Shown here piece after piece: positions 1-9,000 of a DNA stretch of 64,000 nucleotides (the stretch's first letter is position 1; the number at the start of each line of letters is the position of its first letter). Under the pieces are notes generated by a model. That model ran no database searches and had not been told where the DNA came from. It saw only the letters and a program-made list of their open reading frames with translations. Origin of the DNA: an uncultured Bacteroidaceae bacterium (GTDB lineage Bacteria > Bacillota > Clostridia > Christensenellales > CAG-917); the NCBI GenBank assembly GCA_964550635.1, contig CAZJZV010000001.1, positions 5,754 to 69,753 on the forward strand. Direction: 5' to 3'. The translations under genes were made by a program, and so were the position numbers.

Positions 1-249
1 TTTTCGTTGTATTTCAATGCATTATTTTATGTGATTAGATTATTGCTTTGTGATTTAATCTGTGTGCAATTATATTTTATGTGATTGTATATTTGTCGGT
101 GATTATATTTGTTTTTGATATTGATAGTTGTTTGAGTTATGGGATTTATATTTCAACGCATTTAATCACAAGTTGATATTGGTTGAATTGATTAGTAGGG
201 CAGTGTGGCACGATGAGTTTTACCATTCAAATCGGATTAGTTTAGAAAC

Positions 250-290
250 TCAAAAAAATGCAAAAATAAAACCCGCCAGAGCGGGTTTTA
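250..290 (-). terminator. Rho-independent terminator downstream of the 320..1690 gene
   Basis: GC stem AAACCCGC/GCGGGTTT (about 268-288), followed on the minus strand by a T-rich run (plus-strand A-run 251-270). Confidence 0.7.
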
Positions 291-319
291 CGGGGTTTTA
301 GGGTTGAGATTGATTTTCT

Positions 320-1690
320 TTACCAGAGATCGTCGTTGCGGACGACTGCACAGCCTTTGGACGCTCTTGCGACTGCCGCGATGCCGTTTTTCGCTCCGCT
401 GATGTCAACGTAACCGTCGTTTGTGGTCGCAACGATATTGCCGTTGGATGCGATGAGACGCAGACGATATTCGCCTTTCTTGTCTTGGAAAATGATCCAC
501 TTGGGGCATTTTTGTTCTTCGTAGTTTTTGAGAGTTTGATTTTCGATAGGGGCTTTTTCCGCGTTGTTTATGACGCTTTGGACTCCGCCTTTGCAACTCT
601 TGAGGTCCTTGTACGCTTGTGCGCCGATTGCCACGACTCTGTGGTTGGAAGAGAAGAGTTTGAACACGAAATTGCCGTTGTCTGTCTTTTTGATGACGTA
701 CTTGCCGTGCATTTTGCCTTCGCCTTCGACGATGACGGTTTCTTTGATTTCGTCTTTTGCCGCCGCTTTCTTTGCGGGTGCCTTTTCAACGGGTGCTTTT
801 TCTGCAGGTGCAGCAGTTTCCTTCGTCGCTTTGGTTGCTTTCGCCTTTTCTTCTTTTGCAGGGGCTTTCTTGGTTGCTTCTTTGTCTACCGCTTTTGCCA
901 CGATATTTTCCTCCTCAACGTTTGCATTTTCTTTATTTGTTTTCTTTGTGGTTTTCTTTGCAGGTGCTTTTTCGGAAGTAGTGTTGTCCGCCGCCGCTTT
1001 CTTTGCCTTGGGTGCTTTTGCGGGAGCGACTTCTTTTTCGGTTTCTGCCGTTTCGGTTTCCGCTTTCTTATCCTTTTTCACGGTGATGACTGCATTGCCC
1101 CAAGGATCTTGTTCGGTCGCTTTGGTTTTTGCGGTCTTCTTTGCGGGTGCTTTCTTTTTGGGTTCGGGCATATCGAACTTGCTATCCGACACTTCTGCTT
1201 GTGCGGAGGTAGAGAAGGTGTCAAAGACGTTTGATTGTTGTTCTTCCTTGACTTCTACGCTTTCGACTGCTTGTTCGGGTGCGGTTTCTTCGGTGACAGT
1301 TGCGACTTCTTCCGCATTGTCCGTGATTTCTTCATTTTCAACCGCGACTTCTTCTGTGGGAGTTTCGACGATTTCTTCAACCGTGGTTTCGATTTCTTCA
1401 GTCGTTTCAACGGTTTCTACGTTTTCGCTCTCGACTGCGACGTCTTCTGCAGGGGAGATTTCCGCACTCTCAACGGGTGCGATTTCTTCCGCGACTATTT
1501 CCGCTTCTTCTACGGTTTCGGTGACAACGGGTTCTTCAACCGTTTCGTCCGCAGTGACTTCGTTTTCGGGCGCGGAATTTGCGTTTTGGACTCTGACGAC
1601 CAATTCGCCTACGGGAGCATCGTCATCGTCGTCAAGAATTTCTGCTTCAAGAAAGTCGATTTCTTCGGATAAATCCATATATTTGGGCAT
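320..1690 (-). CDS. Low-complexity protein with two C-terminal YegP/DUF1508-like repeats
   Basis: 456-aa ORF. The N-terminal ~170 aa are acidic E/V/T/A-rich and the middle is K/A/E/T-rich. The C-terminus has two YegP-like modules (GKYVIKKTDNGNFVFKLFSSNHRVVAIGAQAY... and KWIIFQDKKGEYRLRLIASNGNIVATTNDGY...). An SD-like GGAGG lies upstream of the ATG. Several same-region ORFs are low-complexity shadows. Confidence 0.8.
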   Translation of the reverse strand: MPKYMDLSEEIDFLEAEILDDDDDAPVGELVVRVQNANSAPENEVTADETVEEPVVTETVEEAEIVAEEIAPVESAEISPAEDVAVESENVETVETTEEIETTVEEIVETPTEEVAVENEEITDNAEEVATVTEETAPEQAVESVEVKEEQQSNVFDTFSTSAQAEVSDSKFDMPEPKKKAPAKKTAKTKATEQDPWGNAVITVKKDKKAETETAETEKEVAPAKAPKAKKAAADNTTSEKAPAKKTTKKTNKENANVEEENIVAKAVDKEATKKAPAKEEKAKATKATKETAAPAEKAPVEKAPAKKAAAKDEIKETVIVEGEGKMHGKYVIKKTDNGNFVFKLFSSNHRVVAIGAQAYKDLKSCKGGVQSVINNAEKAPIENQTLKNYEEQKCPKWIIFQDKKGEYRLRLIASNGNIVATTNDGYVDISGAKNGIAAVARASKGCAVVRNDDLW

Positions 1691-1777
1691 AATAAAACCT
1701 CCTCCGAATACTAAATGCTATTCTAACACACTTTTTTTTATTTATCAAGGAAGAATATAGTTTTTTTCGCAAAAAAA

Positions 1778-1806
1778 TTGAGTTTTCCTACCATATATGG
1801 TAGAAT
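1778..1806 (+). promoter_or_regulatory. Sigma-A-type promoter upstream of pcrA
   Basis: TTGAGT-17 nt-TAGAAT with a TG extended -10 (aTGgTAGAAT), 10 nt upstream of the pcrA ATG region. Confidence 0.5.
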
Positions 1807-1815
1807 GGTTACGAT

Positions 1816-4029
1816 ATGATAAACGATTTCAAACTTAACGACGTTCAAAAAAGGGCGGTCGAGGACACCGAAGGCGCGGTTCTCGTCATCGCCGGAGCAG
1901 GTAGCGGAAAGACCAGAGTGCTTACCGCAAGGATTTGTCATCTCGTGGAAATGGGTGTGAGTCCCTACAACATTCTCGCAATCACTTTCACGAACAAAGC
2001 CGCCAACGAGATGAAAGAGCGTATCGCAAACGCACTCGGCGACTATGCGGCGGTGTGGACTAGCACGTTCCACTCTATGTGCGCGCGCATTTTGCGCTAC
2101 GAGGCGGACAAACTCGGCTACGATTCCAATTTCACAATCTACACCGACCTTGAAAGCGAAAGGGTTGTGAAGCGTATCGCAACGGATTTGGACGGCGCGG
2201 ACCCCAAGGCAAAATCCGACTATCTGTGGCATATATCCGCGGCAAAGACCGCGGGGCTTTCCCCTAGAGAATACTTTGAAGAAATCCGCGGTACAGTCAA
2301 CAATGCGGGGATTATCTACAAGATTTTCGTGGCGTATGAAAAGGAACTCAAAAAGTCCAACGCTCTCGACTTCGACGACCTTCTTTTGAAGACGGTCGAA
2401 CTTTTCGACGGTTTCCCCGAAGTGCTCGCGAAATATCAAGACCGTTTCCGCTATATCTGCGTGGATGAATTCCAAGACACCAACACCATGCAGTATAAGA
2501 TTGTCAAACAGTTGTCGGGGAAGTACGGCAATCTGTTTGTCGTCGGCGACGAAGACCAAAGCATATACAGTTGGCGCGGTGCGGAAATCAAGAATATTCT
2601 CGGATTTCCCAAGGATTTTCCCGGCGCGAAGGTGTATAAACTCGAACAAAATTACCGTAGCACGACGGATATTCTCGAAGCCGCAAACAACGTCATCAAG
2701 CATAATTCCGCAAGAAATAAAAAGACCTTGTGGAGCGATAAACAAGCAAACGACAGTATCGAATATTTCGAGGCGTACAACGACCGCGACGAAGCGGATT
2801 ACGTCACGAGAAAGGTCAATCTTCTTCACTCTCAAGGCGCAAGTTATCGTGAGATGGCGGTGCTTGTGCGTGCAAACAGTCTGACTCGTCTGTTCGAAGA
2901 AGATTTCCACTTGCACGGAATACCGTATAAGGTTTTCGGCGGTTTCAAATTCTTTGAAAGAAAGGAAATCAAAGATACGCTAGCATACGTTCGTCTTGCG
3001 CTCAATCCGAGCGACAACGACAGTCTTCTTCGTATCATCAATTATCCGACTCGCGGGATAGGCAAAAAGTCCGTTGAAGAACTCGTCGCGACTGCGGAGC
3101 GTAACAATATGACCTTGTTTTCAGTGCTTATCAACCCGGGATTTTTGCCCGAAAGCACCGCTAAAAAACTCTCGCCTTTTACGGACGTTGCGCTCGATAT
3201 TATTGAAAAATGCCCCGTGTTACCCCCCGTTGAGTTTATGAAATTCGTCATTTCAAGGAGCGGTATCGCGGATGCTCTCATGATTGCGAAAGAGAAAGAA
3301 GAACAAAACGCTCTTGAAAACGTAGAAGAACTCGTCGGTGCGGTCGAAGGTTTCGTGAACGATAACAAAGACGCTACAATCGCCGACTTTATGCAATCCG
3401 TCGCACTCGTGTCCGACACCGATGAAATGGATAGCGACGACTACGTGACTATCGCAACCGTGCACGCAGTCAAAGGACTTGAATTTGACAACGTTTTCGT
3501 CATCGGACTCGAAGAAGGCATTTTTCCTACAAACCGCTCTATCACCGAAGGTGATATCGAAGAAGAAAGACGACTTATGTATGTCGCTATCACGCGTGCG
3601 CGCAGACGTCTATACATACTTAACGCGCGACAACGTTTCCGTTTCGGACAAATGGCGTATAATCCGAGAAGTAGATTTATCGCGGAAATGCAGGGCGGTA
3701 GCGTATCCGTGCGCGCAACGCAGTCAATGTATCAACCCGCAAACTATATGCAAAAAAAGGCGATCGATAATTCATTTGACGTCGAAAAAGTCAAGCGTGC
3801 CATCGAAAGCGGATCTAGACCGACAAAAGCGTCTATCGCGAAAGGTGTTGACTACGACGCATACGTCAAGGACGTCATCGTCGAGCACGCAAAATTCGGG
3901 CGCGGTATCATCATCTCGACGGTAGGCGAAGGGGAAGACAAAACCGCCGCCATCGCATTCAAGGGACTGGGCGTCAAACGTTTTGCAATCGCAATTGCAG
4001 GGCCCAATCTCAAAATCGTCAAGGAGTAA
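1816..4029 (+). CDS. pcrA: ATP-dependent DNA helicase PcrA (UvrD family)
   Basis: 737 aa. Walker A AGAGSGKT, then TFTNKAANEM, VDEFQDTN and a YRS motif. Conserved pcrA-ligA adjacency. Confidence 0.93.
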   Translation: MINDFKLNDVQKRAVEDTEGAVLVIAGAGSGKTRVLTARICHLVEMGVSPYNILAITFTNKAANEMKERIANALGDYAAVWTSTFHSMCARILRYEADKLGYDSNFTIYTDLESERVVKRIATDLDGADPKAKSDYLWHISAAKTAGLSPREYFEEIRGTVNNAGIIYKIFVAYEKELKKSNALDFDDLLLKTVELFDGFPEVLAKYQDRFRYICVDEFQDTNTMQYKIVKQLSGKYGNLFVVGDEDQSIYSWRGAEIKNILGFPKDFPGAKVYKLEQNYRSTTDILEAANNVIKHNSARNKKTLWSDKQANDSIEYFEAYNDRDEADYVTRKVNLLHSQGASYREMAVLVRANSLTRLFEEDFHLHGIPYKVFGGFKFFERKEIKDTLAYVRLALNPSDNDSLLRIINYPTRGIGKKSVEELVATAERNNMTLFSVLINPGFLPESTAKKLSPFTDVALDIIEKCPVLPPVEFMKFVISRSGIADALMIAKEKEEQNALENVEELVGAVEGFVNDNKDATIADFMQSVALVSDTDEMDSDDYVTIATVHAVKGLEFDNVFVIGLEEGIFPTNRSITEGDIEEERRLMYVAITRARRRLYILNARQRFRFGQMAYNPRSRFIAEMQGGSVSVRATQSMYQPANYMQKKAIDNSFDVEKVKRAIESGSRPTKASIAKGVDYDAYVKDVIVEHAKFGRGIIISTVGEGEDKTAAIAFKGLGVKRFAIAIAGPNLKIVKE

Positions 4030-4034
4030 AGGGT

Positions 4035-5981
4035 ATGGATAAATTCGGCAGAATGTCTGAACTGGTTGAAATTCTCAACCGCTATGCAAAACTGTATTAC
4101 GAAGAAGATGCTCCGGTCGTTTCGGACGCGGAGTACGACGCTCTTTACGACGAATTGAGAAAAATCGAGAGCGAACTCGGTTTCTCAATGCCCAATTCAC
4201 CTACTCATAGAGTAGGTGGCGCACCTCAAAAAAAGTTTGAACAGAAAAAACACCTGTTGCGCCTTTATTCCCTTGACAAGTGTCAAAGCATAGGCGAATT
4301 CGACGATTGGTGCGCTCGCACCGCAAAAACTCTAGGCTATCTTCCCGCACTTACCGCCGAATACAAATTCGACGGACTCACTCTCAATCTCCTTTACGAC
4401 GGCGGAAAACTCGTCCAAGCGACGACGAGAGGTGACGGAGTTACCGGGGAAGTGGTGACCGCACAAGTCAACACAATCAAGAAACTACCGAAAGAAATAG
4501 AATATAAAGGCAAAATCGAAATTCAAGGAGAAGGTATTCTTCGCTTGTCGAATTTCAACAAGTATAACGAAACCGCATCAGAGCCGCTGAAAAACGCACG
4601 TAACGGTGTGGCGGGTGCAATAAGAAATCTAAATCCCGCAGTGACGGCGGAGAGAAATATATCATTCTTTGCCTACAATATCGGCTACACCGAAGAAAAA
4701 TTTTCGTCACAGTCTGATATGCGTGATTTTCTCATCGAACAAGGCTTTGAAACAGAAGGTGATTTCGAAGTCATATCCACCAAAGAAGAAGTGGAAAAAT
4801 ATATCGAAAAAGTCACTGAAATCAGGGAAAATCTCGACTATCTCATTGACGGACTAGTGTTCAAAGTCAACAATTTGAAGCTGCGTGAAGAATTAGGCTA
4901 CACCGAAAAATTCCCTAAATGGGCGGTTGCGTACAAGTTCAAAGCGGACGAAATGACAACGGTGCTCACCGACGTCGTGTGGCAAGTTTCAAGAAGTGCA
5001 AAACTCAATCCGCTTGCCGTTTTGGAGCCTGTCGACATTGGCGGTGTAACAGTCAAACGCGCGACTTTGAACAACTATGGCGACATTCTCAAAAAGAAAG
5101 TCAAAATCGGCGATAGAGTGTTTATCAGGCGTTCTAACGATGTTATTCCCGAAATTATGGGGGTGGCGGAAGAGAATGAAAATGCGGTAAAAATCGAAAA
5201 ACCTACCGTCTGTCCCGCCTGCGGAGCGCCTGTCAAAGAAGTTGGCGCATTCCTATATTGCACAGGTGAGCATTGCGCACCGCAAGCAATTTCTCTTATC
5301 GACCATTTTGCATCGAAAGACGCTATGGATATTGAAGGTTTTTCAGAGAAAACCGCCGAACAATTCTACAATGAAATAGGCATGCGTACCCCCGTCGATT
5401 TGATGAATTTGACCGCCGATCAAATGTTCGGTTTGGACGGCTTCGGTGATAAGAAAATCGGCAATCTACTCGGCTCGATTGCAAAATCGAAGACCGTGAC
5501 TGCGGATAGATTTTTGTACGCTCTCGGCATTGACGGAATAGGCAAGAAAACCGCAAAGGATTTGATCAAAAAATTCCGCACTTTCGACGCACTCAAATCC
5601 GCCACTCTCGACGACCTTTCGGACGTGGACGGAATCGGCGGAATTCTAGCATCTAACCTAGTCAATTACTTCTCGGACGAGAAAAATTTGGTGTATCTTA
5701 ACGACCTTTTCGCAAGTGGAATTACCCTTGTCGAAGAGGAAGAAAAATCCGGTGTTTTTTCTGGATTGAAAGTGGTGTTGACAGGCTCTCTTCCTACCTA
5801 TAAACGCGGGGAGGTTACGAAACTCATCGAAGACAACGGCGGAGAAGTCGCATCGAGCGTTTCAAAAACCGTTGATTTGGTGCTTGCAGGGGAAGACGCG
5901 GGAAGCAAACTCGAAAAGGCACAAAAACTCGGAATTAAAATCATCGACGAAAACGAATTCAAAAATTTGCTCGGGCTTTGA
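4035..5981 (+). CDS. ligA: NAD-dependent DNA ligase LigA
   Basis: 648 aa. Adenylation lysine motif KFDGL, a Zn-finger CPACG...C, HhH repeats and a C-terminal BRCT (GLKVVLTGSL). Confidence 0.95.
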   Translation: MDKFGRMSELVEILNRYAKLYYEEDAPVVSDAEYDALYDELRKIESELGFSMPNSPTHRVGGAPQKKFEQKKHLLRLYSLDKCQSIGEFDDWCARTAKTLGYLPALTAEYKFDGLTLNLLYDGGKLVQATTRGDGVTGEVVTAQVNTIKKLPKEIEYKGKIEIQGEGILRLSNFNKYNETASEPLKNARNGVAGAIRNLNPAVTAERNISFFAYNIGYTEEKFSSQSDMRDFLIEQGFETEGDFEVISTKEEVEKYIEKVTEIRENLDYLIDGLVFKVNNLKLREELGYTEKFPKWAVAYKFKADEMTTVLTDVVWQVSRSAKLNPLAVLEPVDIGGVTVKRATLNNYGDILKKKVKIGDRVFIRRSNDVIPEIMGVAEENENAVKIEKPTVCPACGAPVKEVGAFLYCTGEHCAPQAISLIDHFASKDAMDIEGFSEKTAEQFYNEIGMRTPVDLMNLTADQMFGLDGFGDKKIGNLLGSIAKSKTVTADRFLYALGIDGIGKKTAKDLIKKFRTFDALKSATLDDLSDVDGIGGILASNLVNYFSDEKNLVYLNDLFASGITLVEEEEKSGVFSGLKVVLTGSLPTYKRGEVTKLIEDNGGEVASSVSKTVDLVLAGEDAGSKLEKAQKLGIKIIDENEFKNLLGL

Positions 5982-6010
5982 TTTTTCAAATTTTTACGCA
6001 AAAACTTTGA

Positions 6011-6037
6011 AAACGCGACTTTTTGGTCGCGTTTTTC
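6011..6037 (+). terminator. Rho-independent terminator after ligA
   Basis: Stem AAACGCGAC/GTCGCGTTT followed by a T-run. Confidence 0.7.
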
Positions 6038-6065
6038 GCTATTTTCAACTTTTTGTGTTAAAGCG

Positions 6066-6094
6066 TTGTCAAAGTCGTTTATTTTTGATATAAT
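6066..6094 (+). promoter_or_regulatory. Sigma-A-type promoter for the yicC-gmk-rpoZ-coaBC-priA operon
   Basis: TTGTCA-17 nt-TATAAT with a TG extended -10. Confidence 0.55.
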
Positions 6095-6129
6095 GCTTAA
6101 AACTATAACTTATAGGCGGACGCGCGCAT

Positions 6130-7002
6130 ATGTACAGTATGACCGGCTACGGCAAAGGCATCTACGAAAAAAACGGTAAAAAAGTTACCATTGAAATCAA
6201 AACCGTCAATCATCGTTTTCTCGATTGGGGCTTGAAGTTTCCGAAAACCTTCCTGTTTCTCGAAGACGAATTCAAATCGGCGGTGAAGTCGAAAATCCAA
6301 CGCGGACACGTTGATTTGTATCTCTCCTACAACCAAACGGAGTGCGCAAAGGGCGGTTTCAAGGCGGATATCGAACTTGCGAAAAACTATCTCAAAGTCG
6401 CAAACGAACTCGCAGAAGCGACCGGAGTCCAAAACGATTTGACTCTATCCTCCCTTCTCAAAACGCCCGACGTCATCACGAGAGCGGAAGACGAAGAAGA
6501 CGAAGAATTGCTCAAAGAAATCACTATGACAGCACTTTCTCAAGCGCTTGACAATCTCCTAATCGCAAGGGGCAAGGAAGGGGATGCGATCAAAAACGAT
6601 TTCAAACTCAAACTCGACAATATGCAAGCATCCCTTGACGAAATCAAGAAGTATGCGCCCGTCGTTACGGCGGAATACAGAGAAAAACTCAACGCTCGCA
6701 TTGACGAAGCGGTGGCGGGTGTCGTCGATCAAGTCAGACTCGCAACCGAAGTCGCTCTCTTTGCGGACAAATGCTGTATTGACGAAGAAATCACCAGACT
6801 CGGCGCGCATATCGAACTTGCAAGAAAACTCATAGAAGAAGACCGTCCGATAGGACGTGATCTCGATTTCCGTATTCAAGAAATGAATCGCGAAACCAAC
6901 ACAATATCGAGCAAAGCGAATTATCTCGGAATCACTGCGGAAGTTTTGAAACTTAAAAACGAAATCGAAAAACTGCGTGAACAAACGCAAAACGTGGAGT
7001 AA
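6130..7002 (+). CDS. YicC/YloC family stress-induced protein (endoribonuclease-like)
   Basis: 290 aa. Typical MTGYG N-terminus, C-terminal DUF1732-like EMNRETNTISSKA motif, and synteny upstream of gmk-rpoZ. Confidence 0.88.
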   Translation: MYSMTGYGKGIYEKNGKKVTIEIKTVNHRFLDWGLKFPKTFLFLEDEFKSAVKSKIQRGHVDLYLSYNQTECAKGGFKADIELAKNYLKVANELAEATGVQNDLTLSSLLKTPDVITRAEDEEDEELLKEITMTALSQALDNLLIARGKEGDAIKNDFKLKLDNMQASLDEIKKYAPVVTAEYREKLNARIDEAVAGVVDQVRLATEVALFADKCCIDEEITRLGAHIELARKLIEEDRPIGRDLDFRIQEMNRETNTISSKANYLGITAEVLKLKNEIEKLREQTQNVE

Positions 7003-7005
7003 CAG

Positions 7006-7611
7006 ATGAAAAAAGGACTTGTCGTAGTTGTTTCCGGATATAGCGGAGTGGGCAAAGGCACGGTTATCGAAATGGTTCTCGATGCAATGCCCGCAATGAG
7101 ATTTTCAATATCCTGCACCACTCGCGCCCCCAGAAAAGGGGAAGAAGACGGAGTGAACTACTATTTTCTCACCGAAGAAGAATTTGACAAAAAAGTGGAA
7201 GAGGACGCTTTCATCGAATATACCAGAACGTTCACTTATCACTACGGAACTTTGAAGAGCGAAGTTGAGAAGTATTTGAACGCGGGAGTGGACGTGCTTC
7301 TCGAACTGAACGTAGTCGGCGCGGCAAACGTCAAGAAACTCTATCCGAAAGACTGCGTGACCATATTCGTGACGCCGCCGTCCCTCGAAGCGTTGAAAGC
7401 AAGGCTCATCGGTCGCGGTAGCGAAACCGAAGAAACTCTTGCGCGTAGACTCAAAGAGATTGAAAACGAAAGCAAAGAAATCGACAAATACGATTATCGT
7501 CTTGTCAACGACGTAGCAAAACGTTGCGCGGACGAAATCATCGACATTCTCAATGCCGAACACCTGAAACGTAAAAAAACGAAAAATATATTTTCCAATC
7601 CGGAGGACTAA
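7006..7611 (+). CDS. gmk: Guanylate kinase
   Basis: 201 aa. P-loop SGYSGVGKGT, then TTRAPRKGEEDGVNYYF. Confidence 0.93.
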   Translation: MKKGLVVVVSGYSGVGKGTVIEMVLDAMPAMRFSISCTTRAPRKGEEDGVNYYFLTEEEFDKKVEEDAFIEYTRTFTYHYGTLKSEVEKYLNAGVDVLLELNVVGAANVKKLYPKDCVTIFVTPPSLEALKARLIGRGSETEETLARRLKEIENESKEIDKYDYRLVNDVAKRCADEIIDILNAEHLKRKKTKNIFSNPED

Positions 7612-7616
7612 ATATT

Positions 7617-7814
7617 ATGATGATCGATCCCCCCATCGACAAACTTATCAAACACGCAGAATGCCGTTACGCACTCACTTGCGCAGTTGCAAAACGTACC
7701 CGCGAACTTCTCACCAGCGATAGCGCATACCTTGAAAAGTCCGGTGAAAAACCCGTAACTCTCGCGTGCAAAGAAATCTACGAGAACAAGAGAGTTATCA
7801 AACACGAAGACTAA
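7617..7814 (+). CDS. rpoZ: DNA-directed RNA polymerase subunit omega
   Basis: 65 aa. Contains ...RYALTCAVAKRTREL..., with gmk-rpoZ-coaBC synteny. Confidence 0.85.
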   Translation: MMIDPPIDKLIKHAECRYALTCAVAKRTRELLTSDSAYLEKSGEKPVTLACKEIYENKRVIKHED

Positions 7815-7815
7815 T

Positions 7816-9000
7816 ATGCTTTACGGCAAATCCGTGGTTCTGGGAGTCACGGGCGGAATAGCGGCTTATAAGTCGTGCGAAATCGTGTCCCGCCTTGTCA
7901 AACTCGGCGTGAACGTTGACGTCATTATGACCGAAAACGCACAGAAATTCGTCACTCCGCTCACCTTTGAGACTCTCTCCAAAAACGCAGTCGTGACCGA
8001 TACGTTTATGCGTACCGAGTCCTACGACGTGCATCATATTTCGCTTGCGAAGAAAGCGGACGTTTTGGTCGTTGCCCCCGCAACCGCCGACGTCATAGGC
8101 AAATTCGCACAGGGTATTGCGGACGATATGTTGTCCACCACCTTTATGGCGTCTACGGCAACCAAAATCGTGTGTCCCGCAATGAATACGAATATGTATG
8201 AGAGCGAAGCGTGCAGAATGAACCTTGAGATTTTGCGAAATCGCGGTGTTATCATCGTGGATTCGACGGTAGGTAGGCTTGCTTGCGGCGACGTGGGCAA
8301 AGGCAAAATGGCGGAGCCTGTCGTTATCGTCGAGAAGATCGAAGAAATCTTGCAACCCGTCCAAGACTACAAGGGCAAAACAGTACTTGTGACCGCAGGC
8401 GGCACCGAAGAAAATATCGACGGAGTCAGAGTGATTGCCAATCATTCGAGCGGGAAAATGGGCGTAGCGATTGCAAGAGCCGCCGCAAACCGTGGAGCAA
8501 AAGTCGTGCTAGTGCACGGCAAAATGTCCGTAGCGGTGCCAAAGGAAGTCGCAATTGACGTACCCGTCACGTCAACGGACGATATGCTTTCCGCAGTCAA
8601 GGCAAACTTCGACGGAGTGGATGCATTCATCATGTCCGCGGCACCCGCAGACTACAAAGTCAAAAATCAATTTTCATCCAAAGTGAAGTCCGAAACGCTC
8701 ACCCTTGAACTCGTCAAAAACCCCGATATAGCGAAGTGGGTAGGTGAGAATAAGGGAGACGCTAAACTCGTGGTATTTTCCGCGGAAACGGACGATTTGA
8801 TTGAGAATGCAAAGGGCAAACTTGAGAAAAAACACGCCGATCTCGTCGTCGCAAACGACGTCACGAAAGCGGGCGCCGGTTTCAACGTTGACACAAATAT
8901 CGCAACGCTCATCGACCGCAACGGTAAATCTTTCGATAGCGGTCTTGTGATGAAAACCGAACTTGCCGAGATAATTCTCGACACTCTTTCCGCGCTCTGA
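7816..9000 (+). CDS. coaBC: Bifunctional phosphopantothenoylcysteine decarboxylase / phosphopantothenate-cysteine ligase
   Basis: 394 aa. N-terminal flavoprotein domain (GVTGGIAAYK, PAMNTNMY) and a C-terminal CoaB domain (ITNHSSGKMG-like IANHSSGKMG). Confidence 0.93.
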   Translation: MLYGKSVVLGVTGGIAAYKSCEIVSRLVKLGVNVDVIMTENAQKFVTPLTFETLSKNAVVTDTFMRTESYDVHHISLAKKADVLVVAPATADVIGKFAQGIADDMLSTTFMASTATKIVCPAMNTNMYESEACRMNLEILRNRGVIIVDSTVGRLACGDVGKGKMAEPVVIVEKIEEILQPVQDYKGKTVLVTAGGTEENIDGVRVIANHSSGKMGVAIARAAANRGAKVVLVHGKMSVAVPKEVAIDVPVTSTDDMLSAVKANFDGVDAFIMSAAPADYKVKNQFSSKVKSETLTLELVKNPDIAKWVGENKGDAKLVVFSAETDDLIENAKGKLEKKHADLVVANDVTKAGAGFNVDTNIATLIDRNGKSFDSGLVMKTELAEIILDTLSAL

